From a virus (Duplodnaviria; Heunggongvirae; Uroviricota; Caudoviricetes), in the IMG/VR virus record IMGVR_UViG_3300028840_001821: a stretch of 64,000 nucleotides of DNA, one strand, 5' to 3'. Below the pieces are notes generated by a model. The model was given only the letters and a program-made list of their open reading frames with translations, searched no databases and was not told where the DNA came from. Positions 51,470 through 62,900 of the stretch are shown piece after piece; position 1 is the stretch's first letter, and each line of letters opens with the position of its first letter. The position numbers and the translations under genes are program-made.

Positions 51470-54400
51470 ATGCCTCCGTCTCAAAAGGTTGTAGTTGTCC
51501 TAGAGGTTCGCGCCAGTAAGAAGATTGACGCGGAACTCACTAAGGCAAAGTCTAAAGTTAAGGGATGGGCGGCAACTCTTACGCGGGAGATGAAGAACGT
51601 CTTCAAGAGGGCGACCTTCTTCCGCTTCTCTACAATTGGCATCAACTCCTTCTTCAACTCCATCCGCTTCGCCCGCCAGGAGGCTATCGCCTTCCAGGAT
51701 GCGCTAGGCGACATCGTCAAGGTTGACCTGAATAGGTTCATTGACCTCAACAGTAAGGCTACGCGCAAACTAAGCGATGACATCAGTAGACTAGCTAACG
51801 AGTATGGCATCTTGCGTGTCGAGGCGGCGCAGACCTTGCAGGCTATTACCGTCGCGGGTTTCCGTGGCGCTGAGGCAATGAAGGTGTTGGATGCAGCCCT
51901 CCTGGGTCAGTCCGCCACTGGTCTTAAGGCGGCAAAGGTCTTCAAGGCTATTTTGCTTCCTTCCATCCTTCAGTTCGGCGTTGGTGTAGACCAGCTAGAG
52001 TCCGCCCTTGATGTTCTTGTTACTACGCAGGCAAATGCTGCCGTTGGATTCGAGGACTTCGCTGGTGCGTTCCGTGCTGGTGGTGCTACCTTGGCGGGTA
52101 CAACCCGGTCCCTAAACGAAGCGGCTGCGCTTGTTGCCGCTCTCGGCGAGGTCACTCAGGAGTCTGGTGCCACGGTTGGTACGTTCTTCAAGACCTTGTC
52201 CCCGCGTCTGCTTGCGAACCCGGGTGCCAAGAGGGTATTAGAGACCTTTAAGGTTGATGTAGTTAACCCGCAGACAGGAGCCCTCAAGAGCACGGGCGAG
52301 GTTCTAGTTGACCTCAACCGGAACATGATCGGCTTGGGCGCGGGCGCTAAGCGTTACAACCTGAGCGTGGTCTCCGGTATTCGTCAGGGTAACCGTTTGA
52401 TCGCGGTTATGAACGCGCTAGCCAAGGTCGAAGAGCTAGTAGAGCTAAACTCCCGTGCGGCTGGAGACACGCGTCGTCGTGTTGCCGTCGAGCAGCAGAA
52501 GATTTCTGTTAAGTGGAGGAAGGTACAGAACGAGTTTGCTCAAAGCCTTGAGAAGTCCATGCTCCCGGTTATGGACGACCTCATTGTGGCAGCTAGGGAT
52601 ATTGCGCGTTTTGGTGCCGGTGCGATCAACACCTTAATTGAGGTTGGGCAGTCGCTTGGTATCATTAGTAAGGCTAGTCCAGAGGAAAAAAGGCAGTTAT
52701 CGCTGGTGCGGCAGATCGAGGGGGCTGCGAAGAATCTGTCCGATGCAGGGGTCGAGGCGGTTAATAAGCAGATCCTCAGTATGGCTGTTCAGGTTAAGCG
52801 TTTCAGTATAGAGGAGGCTAGGCAGATTGCCAGGGGTGCGGGTTTTGATCCCGGCATTATCGGTACTGCAATAGGTCGTTTGGCTGAGAATATTACGGGA
52901 CAGACGCCCGTTTCGTCGCAGAGGGCGATTACGAATCTAGATCAGCTCTCTACTATATATAGCGAGCTACTTGCGGGTGGCTTCAAGTTTGCCCAGGGGT
53001 TTGAGAATACCCAACAGCAGATTGGCAATCTCCAGACTATCTTAGCAGCCGTACGTAAGAGGGCGGCTGAAGACAAGAAGGCGGGTCTAGACCCACGCAT
53101 TACTACTGACCTTCCGACCGGGCTCGCCGGACCAGACAATCAGGGCTCTCAGTTTAGAAGTGTTCTGAAGACATTCAACACGGCTCTACGTGAGGGCGGA
53201 CCGGCGAAGTCTATCAAAGAGTTCCAGGTGCGGCTAACCAACGCGTTTGCGGCGATTAATAACCCGGTCAAGTCATTCAACCGTGGACTTCTTCAGCAGC
53301 GCAAGACACTGGTTCAGGTCAACCAAGAGCGGAAGATTGCCAGAGACAAGGCACTTGCTACAGCAGAAGAGCAAGCTAAGATCGATCTCCAGGGTCTAGA
53401 CGCCGGTGCTAAGAAGGCTTTGCAAGAAGAACTACAGTTAGCACGAGACAAGAGCCGAGTCGAGGCACTTAAGGATCAGGTTAAGCTAGCCGAGTTTGAC
53501 GCCAAGGCGATGCGTCGTCTGAATACCGAACTCAACTCCATGAAGGATAAGAGTAAGGACGCTGCGTCCAAGCTATCTACGTCAACGCGTCGATTGAACG
53601 AGTTGCGTATCGAGGAAGCTAAGGCAGCTACAGCAGTAGCCAAGGCGACCATCTCTATGAAGGACGCACTGATCGAATATGAGATCGGTCTACTCAGAGC
53701 CCAGCTTGAGTCTAAGAAGATTACAGGAGAGGTCGGCAGTCTCGCACAGGAGTTGGCGGGTTCTAAAAAGATCATTCCGTTGTTCCTTGAGGGATTAACG
53801 AAGGAGCTTCAGCAGCCGTCTCGTGTTGGCGGAGGATTCGGTGGCGACAACATCATCAAGGGTGAGTTGAAGCTATCGAATCTACGGAGAGAGTCGTTGC
53901 GTCAGCAGCTAGACTTGACCCAGCAGATCCTTAATCGTCAGCGAGAGATTGGCGAGTCCTTCTTCTCCCTGGACGCTGGCGGACGTAATCAGCTTGCCCA
54001 GGGTCTTGGTGCTATCCAAAACCTCTTTGGTAGGTTTGGTGGCGACGTGGGCGCGGTCCGTGGCTTGTCCTCTCAGGATCTAAATGCGTTTGGTCGCCAG
54101 CTTCTAGGCTTGCCGGATGACGTGAAGGAATCTATCTTACGTGCAACGGAGTTCATCCCCGAGGGTGCTACGGTTGCTGGCTTCACCGGTAAGCAGATTA
54201 GGGATATTATTGCGCAGGCATCTCTTGGTCGCGCCGATGGTACTGGCATCCTGGACATCGGGGCTCTCCAGGAGGAAGCCGCAGATGCTACAACCAAGCT
54301 TGCAGAGCTACAGACCGACGCGTTGGTCAACTCTATTGAGCAATTGAACGTCGCTCAGCAGCAGCTAGACCAGCAGAAGGCTCAGACAGAAGTTGCTCGT

Positions 54401-55255
54401 ATCCAGGTAGAGGTTGCGCGTCAGCAGTTGGCTGCTCTAACATCTGAGCAGGGCACACGCCGCGCAGGTATCATGGCAGAGATGGATTTCATCCGTAGGC
54501 AGAACCGCCCGACCGGTCCGGCGATGGGTACTAACGCTGTCCTTGGTCGTGCGAGCATGGCTAGGATTCAGGCATTCCAGACAGCTATGACAAACATCCT
54601 GGATCTAGCGCAAGAAAACCTAGAGTCTGGCAGGGGCACGGCAGAGACTATGGGCGTTCTACAGGAACGCTACGAGAGATTCAATCAGGCTATTAAGGAA
54701 AACGATACATCGATTGCCGCACTCAACGAGGGCTTCCTTAAAATGGGTAGGACAGTCACATCTCTCAACCAGTTGTTCGAGCAGGGTAGGGCTGCGGATC
54801 TCGCCAAGGTAGGTAGTGGTACGCCGGGCTTCGCCATTGCCAAGGGCAAGGCGGCTGGCTCCACGACACAGGTGCCGGTTGAGAAGGCGCTTCTGGATCT
54901 TATCGAGGTTCTACGTCCTCTAACCGGGGAAAAGGGATTCAACTCACAAGAGCTTGGCGTTATGATCAAGAACATCGAGGCGGCTCTAGCCAATAACGGT
55001 GGCAGGGTGCCGACAGAGGTATTGATCAAGCTAGCAGGCGAAACTATCGAGAAGCTAGAGATTACGGGGCTCGCCGAACTACCGGCAGCTATGGCGGACG
55101 TAGTAAAGAACCACCCGGACGTAAAGGACTCTGCGACATTCATCAAGAATCTGGGCGTCATCATCCGGGCAATGGTCGAGGCTGGTATTGGGGCAGGCGC
55201 GTTCCCGCCGAACCTGAGAGCACAGCTACCAAGTATTCCGGCAACAGGCGAGTAA
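51470..55255 (+). CDS. tail tape measure protein
   Basis: 1261 aa, rich in Ala/Gly/Gln/Leu, with long predicted helical stretches. Position and size are typical of a tape measure protein. Confidence 0.7.
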   Translation: MPPSQKVVVVLEVRASKKIDAELTKAKSKVKGWAATLTREMKNVFKRATFFRFSTIGINSFFNSIRFARQEAIAFQDALGDIVKVDLNRFIDLNSKATRKLSDDISRLANEYGILRVEAAQTLQAITVAGFRGAEAMKVLDAALLGQSATGLKAAKVFKAILLPSILQFGVGVDQLESALDVLVTTQANAAVGFEDFAGAFRAGGATLAGTTRSLNEAAALVAALGEVTQESGATVGTFFKTLSPRLLANPGAKRVLETFKVDVVNPQTGALKSTGEVLVDLNRNMIGLGAGAKRYNLSVVSGIRQGNRLIAVMNALAKVEELVELNSRAAGDTRRRVAVEQQKISVKWRKVQNEFAQSLEKSMLPVMDDLIVAARDIARFGAGAINTLIEVGQSLGIISKASPEEKRQLSLVRQIEGAAKNLSDAGVEAVNKQILSMAVQVKRFSIEEARQIARGAGFDPGIIGTAIGRLAENITGQTPVSSQRAITNLDQLSTIYSELLAGGFKFAQGFENTQQQIGNLQTILAAVRKRAAEDKKAGLDPRITTDLPTGLAGPDNQGSQFRSVLKTFNTALREGGPAKSIKEFQVRLTNAFAAINNPVKSFNRGLLQQRKTLVQVNQERKIARDKALATAEEQAKIDLQGLDAGAKKALQEELQLARDKSRVEALKDQVKLAEFDAKAMRRLNTELNSMKDKSKDAASKLSTSTRRLNELRIEEAKAATAVAKATISMKDALIEYEIGLLRAQLESKKITGEVGSLAQELAGSKKIIPLFLEGLTKELQQPSRVGGGFGGDNIIKGELKLSNLRRESLRQQLDLTQQILNRQREIGESFFSLDAGGRNQLAQGLGAIQNLFGRFGGDVGAVRGLSSQDLNAFGRQLLGLPDDVKESILRATEFIPEGATVAGFTGKQIRDIIAQASLGRADGTGILDIGALQEEAADATTKLAELQTDALVNSIEQLNVAQQQLDQQKAQTEVARIQVEVARQQLAALTSEQGTRRAGIMAEMDFIRRQNRPTGPAMGTNAVLGRASMARIQAFQTAMTNILDLAQENLESGRGTAETMGVLQERYERFNQAIKENDTSIAALNEGFLKMGRTVTSLNQLFEQGRAADLAKVGSGTPGFAIAKGKAAGSTTQVPVEKALLDLIEVLRPLTGEKGFNSQELGVMIKNIEAALANNGGRVPTEVLIKLAGETIEKLEITGLAELPAAMADVVKNHPDVKDSATFIKNLGVIIRAMVEAGIGAGAFPPNLRAQLPSIPATGE

Positions 55256-55271
55256 AGAATAGGGGGTTGTA

Positions 55272-56747
55272 ATGCACCTATCGTCAGTCGTCCCGGGGAA
55301 CTCACAGTCCTGGGTCGAGATTTGGTATGGCGACGACCGGATCGGTCCGCCTACACCCCTTATCTCTTGGGACCGCGACTACGTAGAGTCTGGTAACGAA
55401 GAGAAGATCGCTGCTACCCGTGTAATCACACTGAACGGCACGTGGATCAACTCGCCGAGCGGAACCTACAACGATGTCTACGCGGCGCAGGAGCAATTGC
55501 TGTCCATCTTCGCAACAGATGGGAAGCATTTCTCTTTACGGGCGGGACCATCTAACACGGTGATTGCCCCTGGTGAATATATCGCCAGCGGCATCTATCC
55601 CAAGGTGCGTAGCATCTCGTTGCCGGAAGACCTCCAGTATGATAAGTTCATCTACACCGTTGTCCTTGAATACGACGAAGACGACATTGGCGCTAGCGGC
55701 TTAATTGAAAGCGAAGATAACACGTGGTCCTACAATGAGGTTGATGAGTCCCAAAGGGTCAGGATCGAACACTCGATTTCTATCGTGGGCAAGAACACGG
55801 CTCAGAGTGGCGAGACCAACAACGCGCATGAGAATGCCCGGGATTACGGCAGGACCCTGCTGGGGCTGGCTAAGGCTCCGGCGAACTTCCCGGTTCACGT
55901 GCATCAGAGCGAAGCGCCCCTGTATGAGATCTCTACTCAGCGCACAGAGTCCGTCAGCCTAACCCGTGGTTCGTATGATGCCACAGAGGCGTTCATTGTT
56001 ACGTCGGGCATCTATCCTTGGAATCATTCGCGCTCTATCTCGGTGAGTACCGACCGGGCAGGCATTACCTCTATCCAGCTTCAGGGTAAGATCCAGGGTC
56101 TAGGTAGAACAGACGTTGCGCCGAGCGGCAACGTTGGCTTCGACAATGCCACCTCTGGCTGGCTGAACCATGTGAAGCCGAACCTATATGTTGATGCTGC
56201 GGCATTCTATACAGGGTTGGGCTATTCGCTGTCGCTGAATAACAAGAGGATCGCGCAGTCTGTGGCAGAGTCCGAGTTTCTTGGCACGGTAGACTATGAC
56301 GTTACATATACCGACGATCCGGCAGACGACCTGCCGTCAGGTATCGCCGAAAGGTCTGTGACCTATGATCGTCGAGATCCGACCGAGCTATTGGCTCGCT
56401 TTACAATTCCGTTCAGACAGCTTGGCTCCATCGTACAAGAGATGGGAACAACGCTAGACGGTAGCATCAGCGTGAGTGCTCGCGCCAGGGCAACTAACAC
56501 CGGGGATGAGTCGGCGGACGTCAACCGCGCCATCGCCCAGGTAGAGTCAGACCTTAACGCGGTGAAGCCAGATCCAAACAGTTCTGAGTTTATACGCCTA
56601 GACCTAGTGGGACAGCCCTCTCTGAACTACGATATCAAGAGTAGGGTTGCCTCGGCGTCGATTCAGTATTCGTTCATCCTAGACTTGGCGGGCGTGAACT
56701 CTGCCAGCGGCAGTATTTCTCTTCCGCGTTACCAGGGAGGCTTGTAA
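55272..56747 (+). CDS. distal tail/baseplate protein (putative)
   Basis: 491 aa, directly after the tape measure gene. Confidence 0.45.
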   Translation: MHLSSVVPGNSQSWVEIWYGDDRIGPPTPLISWDRDYVESGNEEKIAATRVITLNGTWINSPSGTYNDVYAAQEQLLSIFATDGKHFSLRAGPSNTVIAPGEYIASGIYPKVRSISLPEDLQYDKFIYTVVLEYDEDDIGASGLIESEDNTWSYNEVDESQRVRIEHSISIVGKNTAQSGETNNAHENARDYGRTLLGLAKAPANFPVHVHQSEAPLYEISTQRTESVSLTRGSYDATEAFIVTSGIYPWNHSRSISVSTDRAGITSIQLQGKIQGLGRTDVAPSGNVGFDNATSGWLNHVKPNLYVDAAAFYTGLGYSLSLNNKRIAQSVAESEFLGTVDYDVTYTDDPADDLPSGIAERSVTYDRRDPTELLARFTIPFRQLGSIVQEMGTTLDGSISVSARARATNTGDESADVNRAIAQVESDLNAVKPDPNSSEFIRLDLVGQPSLNYDIKSRVASASIQYSFILDLAGVNSASGSISLPRYQGGL

Positions 56748-57259
56748 TGGTACTTCCGCCTGAAGTCAAGATCGTTCAGTTCGATGTGGCTGCTGCGACT
56801 AGTGGCACGTGGTCGGGGTTCGTAGATACAACAACCCAGGCTCTAGACTTTGGGCAGATCGATAACAGCGTCTCGGGCTTGGTGAGTGATACTAAGGTCG
56901 TCGCCATGAGTGGCGTCGAGTTCAATGGTAACACAGTTATCGAAGACATGCGTTTCTATGCGGTAGCGACTACTGCCTTTAGCCAGGGCACGTATCAGTT
57001 CCTTATGGAATTGACTAATACGTGGGCTCAGAATAAGCAGTTGACGACTGGGGCAGACGATGTCCCGATTTCGCTACCCGGTTCGCAGAACTATTTCAGG
57101 CATGGGGGAGGTGCGCAGATTACCGGCTCTGGTCAGGTAGACGGATTAGGGCAGTGGGCGTATCTTGCCATTTTTGCAGGGACAGACGTGCCAGATGGCA
57201 CTTATGGCGGCTTGGGCGCTGGCACTTTGCGCTATCGTTTCCGCTACGATTACTATTAA
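56747..57259 (+). CDS. tail protein, paralog family A
   Basis: 170 aa. Shares SLPGSQN(Y/L)F and a C-terminal ..R(Y/H)R(F/V).YDY motif with the 57842 gene. Confidence 0.45.
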   Translation: MVLPPEVKIVQFDVAAATSGTWSGFVDTTTQALDFGQIDNSVSGLVSDTKVVAMSGVEFNGNTVIEDMRFYAVATTAFSQGTYQFLMELTNTWAQNKQLTTGADDVPISLPGSQNYFRHGGGAQITGSGQVDGLGQWAYLAIFAGTDVPDGTYGGLGAGTLRYRFRYDYY

Positions 57260-57262
57260 GGA

Positions 57263-57838
57263 GTGGTCATGGTAGAGGTTTTTCCGGGCGCGGGAGTCGA
57301 TCCTAATATTGCCAATGCGGTCGATGGTGCTACAACTGCGCTGCGTACTGTGGACTACGCTCACCACGAGGTTCACAGCGGTAGACATTTTACATTCTCT
57401 GCAACTAGTGGAGACCTAGATATCGGGACTCCGCTAGAGTATCTTATTCATACGCCGGATACAGAGCGGTGGGCTCACCTGCTTGGTAACGTGTATGGGG
57501 CTCTACATACTAGGTTCGAATTCTTTGAAGGAGCTACTCACACGTCTGGCATTCATATGCCAATTCACAATAACAATAGGAATAGTGCCAATGGACCGGG
57601 TTTGATTATCACAGAACATGCGGATGACGGAGACGACGGCACCTTACTATTTGAAACTGAGTTTGGTGTAGATACTGGAGGTGGCGCAAATCGAGTCACC
57701 GGCGGCGGCACTGCTCGCGCGGACTCGGAGTGGGTATTGAAGCAGAATACAGTATACCTACTTAGGTTGTCTAGTCTAACAGCCGACAACGTGGTTAATA
57801 TGGCGCTTAGCTGGTATGAACACATCGACGCAAACTAG
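57263..57838 (+). CDS. tail protein
   Basis: 191 aa. Confidence 0.45.
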   Translation: MVMVEVFPGAGVDPNIANAVDGATTALRTVDYAHHEVHSGRHFTFSATSGDLDIGTPLEYLIHTPDTERWAHLLGNVYGALHTRFEFFEGATHTSGIHMPIHNNNRNSANGPGLIITEHADDGDDGTLLFETEFGVDTGGGANRVTGGGTARADSEWVLKQNTVYLLRLSSLTADNVVNMALSWYEHIDAN

Positions 57839-57841
57839 CGA

Positions 57842-58420
57842 ATGGACGGCATGATGGTTGACGCTCCAACTGTTCATTTATATGAATTTAACATCAGCGA
57901 GACTTCACCTGCGCCGACGCGCCACATCGCTAGTGGGTCGGCAGCATATGTGAAGACACTTGGGAGCGGTACGCAGTCAGCCTACCTGGAGTTCGATACC
58001 TTCACCGAAGAGGATTGGTACTACGGAGCCAAAACAAAAGTCTTTATTTTCAGGACTTCTTCACTAAATTATCGTATATATAATATGAGGTACTATGTTC
58101 CTGACCAAAGTGCCCTCTCTCCAGGTTCATCCCACTTGCAATTTGCCACTTCAGGCGTCTGGGCTGCATACCCCGCCCAAGCTGCCAGCGGTCAGGCTGG
58201 CATGATAGAAGTCCCCACATCTCTGCCAGGGTCGCAGAATCTCTTTGTACAGAATGGCGATGCCAGCATGAGTGGCACCCTGGACCCAGACGTCTCTCAG
58301 TACGTGTATGTGAGCCTCATCCTCGGCGCAGCCTTTCCGAATGGTCGGTATGGCGCGGGTGATGCTGGCTCGTTTGGTCGGTTTGAGCACAGAGTGACCT
58401 ACGATTATACGGGACCATAG
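57842..58420 (+). CDS. tail protein, paralog family A
   Basis: 192 aa, a paralog of the 56747 gene. Confidence 0.45.
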   Translation: MDGMMVDAPTVHLYEFNISETSPAPTRHIASGSAAYVKTLGSGTQSAYLEFDTFTEEDWYYGAKTKVFIFRTSSLNYRIYNMRYYVPDQSALSPGSSHLQFATSGVWAAYPAQAASGQAGMIEVPTSLPGSQNLFVQNGDASMSGTLDPDVSQYVYVSLILGAAFPNGRYGAGDAGSFGRFEHRVTYDYTGP

Positions 58421-58422
58421 CC

Positions 58423-59214
58423 ATGACTCTTGTATTACATGCAAAATTCAGTGAGATGGCTGGGACCCAGACTGTCAATGACGTCGATCCGACGCACAGC
58501 GGCGTGCTGGAGGGGTCTGGTATTCCGACGTGGCAGGGCGGCGGACCACGTAGCACATACCTGGACTTCAACGGGCTAGAGGGCGGTAGTATCGTACGCT
58601 TCCCTGAGAAGTCTGAGACGATGATCTCGGGCAATCTATCGGTGAGCGTATGGGTGAATACGACACAGACGTTTCCTGGCGCTCCGGCACCAGACCCACA
58701 GAAAGAGATGGTTACTCGTGGTGGCGGCAACTTCTCGTTTGGCTGGGAAGAGGGTGCTGTAGAAAACTTTGTGTGGCTGCGCTGTTTTTTTCGACGTCCA
58801 GACAACGTTAACTTCGAACTCGAATGGCGTGATGATAATCCGCAGCCGGGATTCCGAGATGGTGCTTGGCACAATATCCTGATTCGATTCCAGCCATCCT
58901 CAGACGATGCTACATCAGATGGGGTTGCCCAACTATGGGTTGACGGAATTTTGAAAGATGAAGAGTCTCATAATCTATCGCAGCTCAAAATCTCTGGTGT
59001 CGAGGACTGGTGGATTATTGGTGGTCGTAAGTCTACTGCCACCGAGGTAATTGACCGCAACCTAATCGGCAGTATCACAGACGTAAAGGTCTGGGATGAA
59101 TACATCTCAGACGCACAGATACAAATAGAAGCAACACCCGCCTCCGACCTAGTAGGAGGTATGGATGGTTTCATACGTAGCCATCCGGGGCGTCATATTC
59201 GCAAACTCTCTTAA
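58423..59214 (+). CDS. LamG-like (concanavalin-A-like jellyroll) domain tail protein
   Basis: ..SVSVWVNT..DGAWHNILIRF..LWVDGIL..GSITDVKVWDEYISDAQIQ matches the Laminin_G_3-type pattern that ends in (V)W/Y-(N)-x-ALS-x-x-(E/Q)I. Confidence 0.5.
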   Translation: MTLVLHAKFSEMAGTQTVNDVDPTHSGVLEGSGIPTWQGGGPRSTYLDFNGLEGGSIVRFPEKSETMISGNLSVSVWVNTTQTFPGAPAPDPQKEMVTRGGGNFSFGWEEGAVENFVWLRCFFRRPDNVNFELEWRDDNPQPGFRDGAWHNILIRFQPSSDDATSDGVAQLWVDGILKDEESHNLSQLKISGVEDWWIIGGRKSTATEVIDRNLIGSITDVKVWDEYISDAQIQIEATPASDLVGGMDGFIRSHPGRHIRKLS

Positions 59215-59239
59215 GCCAACACGGAGGAGGTGTTAACAC

Positions 59240-59431
59240 ATGGCAACTATCAACTACAACTCTGATACCAACGATGCTAACCTAGTACTTATGCGTACGG
59301 GTCTACGTGTACTTCGTTACACTGATCGCAAGGTTAGTGCGTCCTATGGACGTGGTGCTCTGATCAGCCGTCTATCTGGCTTCAAGCAGGAGGCGACTCT
59401 CACTAACCCGTTCACAAACGCCACATCCTAA
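59240..59431 (+). CDS. small hypothetical protein
   Basis: 63 aa. Confidence 0.35.
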   Translation: MATINYNSDTNDANLVLMRTGLRVLRYTDRKVSASYGRGALISRLSGFKQEATLTNPFTNATS

Positions 59432-59512
59432 TCTCCTAGTCCTGGGAGAAATCTCCACACGCCCGGGGCTGGGGTTTATCTTCAGCCCCGGATTCATTTT
59501 ATGGAGAGATGA

Positions 59513-59950
59513 ATGTTTGAGACGCAAGAAAAAGGAAATACGATCACCGCGACGCTTCAGGCGTATAGTGGTGAGCAAGTCGAGTTCACATTCGATAAGG
59601 AAGAAGGACACTCCTTTGAGATTGGCGGTACCGCCTCAAACCAGGTGCTTACGTATCCTGTCAAGGTGCTGGCAGTCTACACCAAAGAAGACGATGGCAA
59701 GGAATACTGCGACGTGCAGATCGGAGACAGGTGCTTTCCTGATCGCCGCGTTTGCGGTGTCATCGTTCCCAACCAGACAGCCTTCCTTATTGAAACCTAT
59801 GATCTTAACGACAAGCCGCGCTGGCTAGTTGTTAAAGATATCCCGGAAGCGGTGCGTCGTCACTTCATCAATATCGACGTCCGCCGTGGTGCCTCTTTGG
59901 TTAAGAGGTTGCGCATTGATCCGTTTCTAGGCGATTCTAAGGTGATGTAA
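59513..59950 (+). CDS. hypothetical protein
   Basis: 145 aa. Its stop overlaps the next ATG (TAATG). Confidence 0.45.
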   Translation: MFETQEKGNTITATLQAYSGEQVEFTFDKEEGHSFEIGGTASNQVLTYPVKVLAVYTKEDDGKEYCDVQIGDRCFPDRRVCGVIVPNQTAFLIETYDLNDKPRWLVVKDIPEAVRRHFINIDVRRGASLVKRLRIDPFLGDSKVM

Positions 59951-62900
59951 TGGCTACATCTGGCATCCTCGCCCTCATTGATTGGGAGGATTTCTCCACT
60001 GGTGATCTACATGGTCAGAATGGATGGAGGGTCCAGAACGAGGATGGTGTGCGCCCAGTTGGCTTTGATTCCGTAATCATTACAGAGGTTGGTGCGCCTA
60101 GCGGTCAGATCGCTATGCGGAACAATCCTGGCACTGTGTCTGACGACCGCCGCGCCGTCATGGTTCTAGACGGCAGTGGCGTAGATCGTTCTGCGTATGA
60201 TAAGGTGTCGATTGAAGCTGGTATGATCATGAACCAGCTAGAAGGTCGCTCCATTATGCTCATTCGACCGAGCGGAGCGACGAATGATACACTATATGGT
60301 TATCGTGTTGAGTGGGAACACAACACTGGCGCAGCAGACACACTAACATTCGACCGTCTAGACAACGGTGCGATTACTAACCTAGACTCATTCAATATTG
60401 ATAGGGTAGAAAGTCTACGCCTATTAGTAGAGGATGATGATAGTAATATCACTATATGGGCTAACGCCTCTGGTACCTGGGAGTTTATCCATCAAGAAGC
60501 GACTACGACGTATAACTACCTCCCAACTAGCGGCGCATTCCAGTTGCGTACTGACGAAGCGGGTCTTATTCACGGTATTGGCGATGTCACCATATACGGC
60601 GTGAATAATGCAACCGCGACCTCGGGTCAGATTGGTGCCTACGTCCACAACTTCGAGGAACGATGTATCCTCGATATCGACTTTGAGAACTACACAGACG
60701 GCAACTTACTAACTGACAGCCAGCCAGACGACTGGTGGACCCTGACCAGCAACGGTAAGCCTACCGCAGCTAATGACGCATACATCAAAAGCGACCCTGG
60801 TAGCGGTCTAGTGATGTGGCGTCGTGCCGATGCCGTGGCGTTCCCGGGTAAGGCGATCATCGCCGTACTTAACTCGGGCGTTCCCACCAATGCTAGTTCT
60901 TTACGATATGAGTTAGACGTCGCGCCCGATCAGGCTGCGACTAGCCAGTGCAAAGCCGACATTCTATTCCGTCCTAAGAGTGGAATGGCGAACAACCTCA
61001 CTACATGGCGTTTCGGATACTGGCGACGCCTCTCGGGTCAGGATCGTTTTGTTCTTCAGGAGTTGTTGAACGGCGGTAACGTTCAGGCTCTTGCCTACCT
61101 GACTGACGACTATACTATCACCTCTGCTCGTCTACGTGTAGTTGATGACGGTGATTTGATTCAGTGCCATGTTAAAGCGAAGAACTCGGGCATTTGGGAG
61201 GAAACTCATAGCCTGTATGACAATTCGCTTAATGACCAAACGCCAAGTGGTGCGCTGAACTTTGATGGTGATGGTACTAATGTAGTTGTTCAGGTAGATA
61301 ACTTTAACATCTATGCGACATACTCCGGTCTTCAGGTGACTACCGGCGAGATTGGCGGCTACGTTAACGGCGTGGCTGTTTCTACGTCTGGTGAGATTGG
61401 TGGCTATATTGAGGCTGGTGCCGCACCGACACCAACGTCTGGTGAGATCGGTGGCTATGTTCCAGCCTTTAGTCCAGAATCATCTGGACAGATTGGTGGC
61501 TATCTACAAGTATATCCTGGTGCGACACCAGAGGTCTTCACTAAGATTGATCCAGCCATCCAGAGTTGGTGGTATGGCAACGAGGACTCTCCGGGCGACG
61601 CTCTTGTTGATTACGGAGACCTGGGTAACGACCTTGTTGCCCTTACTCCTGTCAACCAGGGTATTCTTACAAGCGGTGTTCAGACAGCTAATATCCAGAG
61701 AGAGAATGCGCGTGTAACGAAGAACGCTGGTACTGGCACAAATGCGAAGTTCCGTGGTGTCGATATTGGGGAGCAGTACACGGGGTCGGCGGAGAACTTT
61801 ACCTGGCAGGGTTGGATATATCCGAGCGGCGGTCACCTACAGGAGACGCAGCCGGTTGTCCTAATCATGCGGGACGATCAGACATTCAATAACAGTGCGC
61901 GTTTCGCAATACAGGTTGTTGGTTCGGCTGGCAAGCCGGTCGATAGGCTACAGGTGGCACACAGGTGGGGTGCGGGCTCTGCGGAAATCGATTACGTCAC
62001 TACGGCGCACGGCGCGGTTCCAAGCGGTCAATTTGTTCATATTGCAGCTACATACAATAAGACTGGCGGAGAGGTTATTCTCTACGTCAATGGCGGCATT
62101 GTTGGCTCCGGCGCGATCACGGGCGTTATGGGTTCTGGTTCTGCGGATGAGCTAGCCCTCCAGGGTAATCCCAACCCGGCGAACACAGACTTCACGGGCG
62201 CTGCCAACGACATCATGTTCATCAGCCGCGCATTGTCAAGCGGAGAGGTTGCATATGTAGCCGAGTCCGGAGTCGGTCCCGTACCTTCTGCTGGTGAATC
62301 CATTGGTGGCTATCTCGATGCATTCGTGACCAGCGTAACTGCTACAGAAGAGCAGATGCAGGGGGTCTGGAGGCTTGATGAGTTAGGCGACAACGATACG
62401 CGCCTAGACAGTAGCGGCAAGAGCAATCACCTCAATGTGATTACAGGATCACCGAAACAGGTTGCAGCTCGTAGAAACAATGGCACAAGATTTGAGCATT
62501 GGGTTAACCCCTTCCCGTCACTACAACGTACTGGTAGTGGCGTGTCCACCGGGCTTAGCCCAACGGCGTCATCTTGGACAATGGGTCTGTGGGCGAAGCC
62601 CAGCGGCGTGGCGTATGAACGCTATGCGCAGCTTGCGGGCAAGGGTTCTTATGATCAGTATGTCCTATATATGGACGAAGAAGGCGAGGTCTGGGGTCAG
62701 GTAAGTATCGACGGCATCGGCTACGTTGTTTCGACACAGCCGAGCAGCCTGATCGCTAACGAGTGGCAGCATATCGATTGGGTGGTTGACCGCGATAACG
62801 AGGTCCAGTATATCTACCGCACGGGCTCCGACTACATCCCGACTATTATTGGTAGTGGTGCTCTGCCGGATTCGTCCAAGGCACAGGACACAACAACCGA

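Noticed and set aside
50867-51470. Programmed -1 frameshift (G/GT-like) upstream of the tape measure gene
   Set aside because: The two genes before the tape measure gene do not overlap in alternate frames. I found no slippery heptamer plus downstream extension, so I did not call one.
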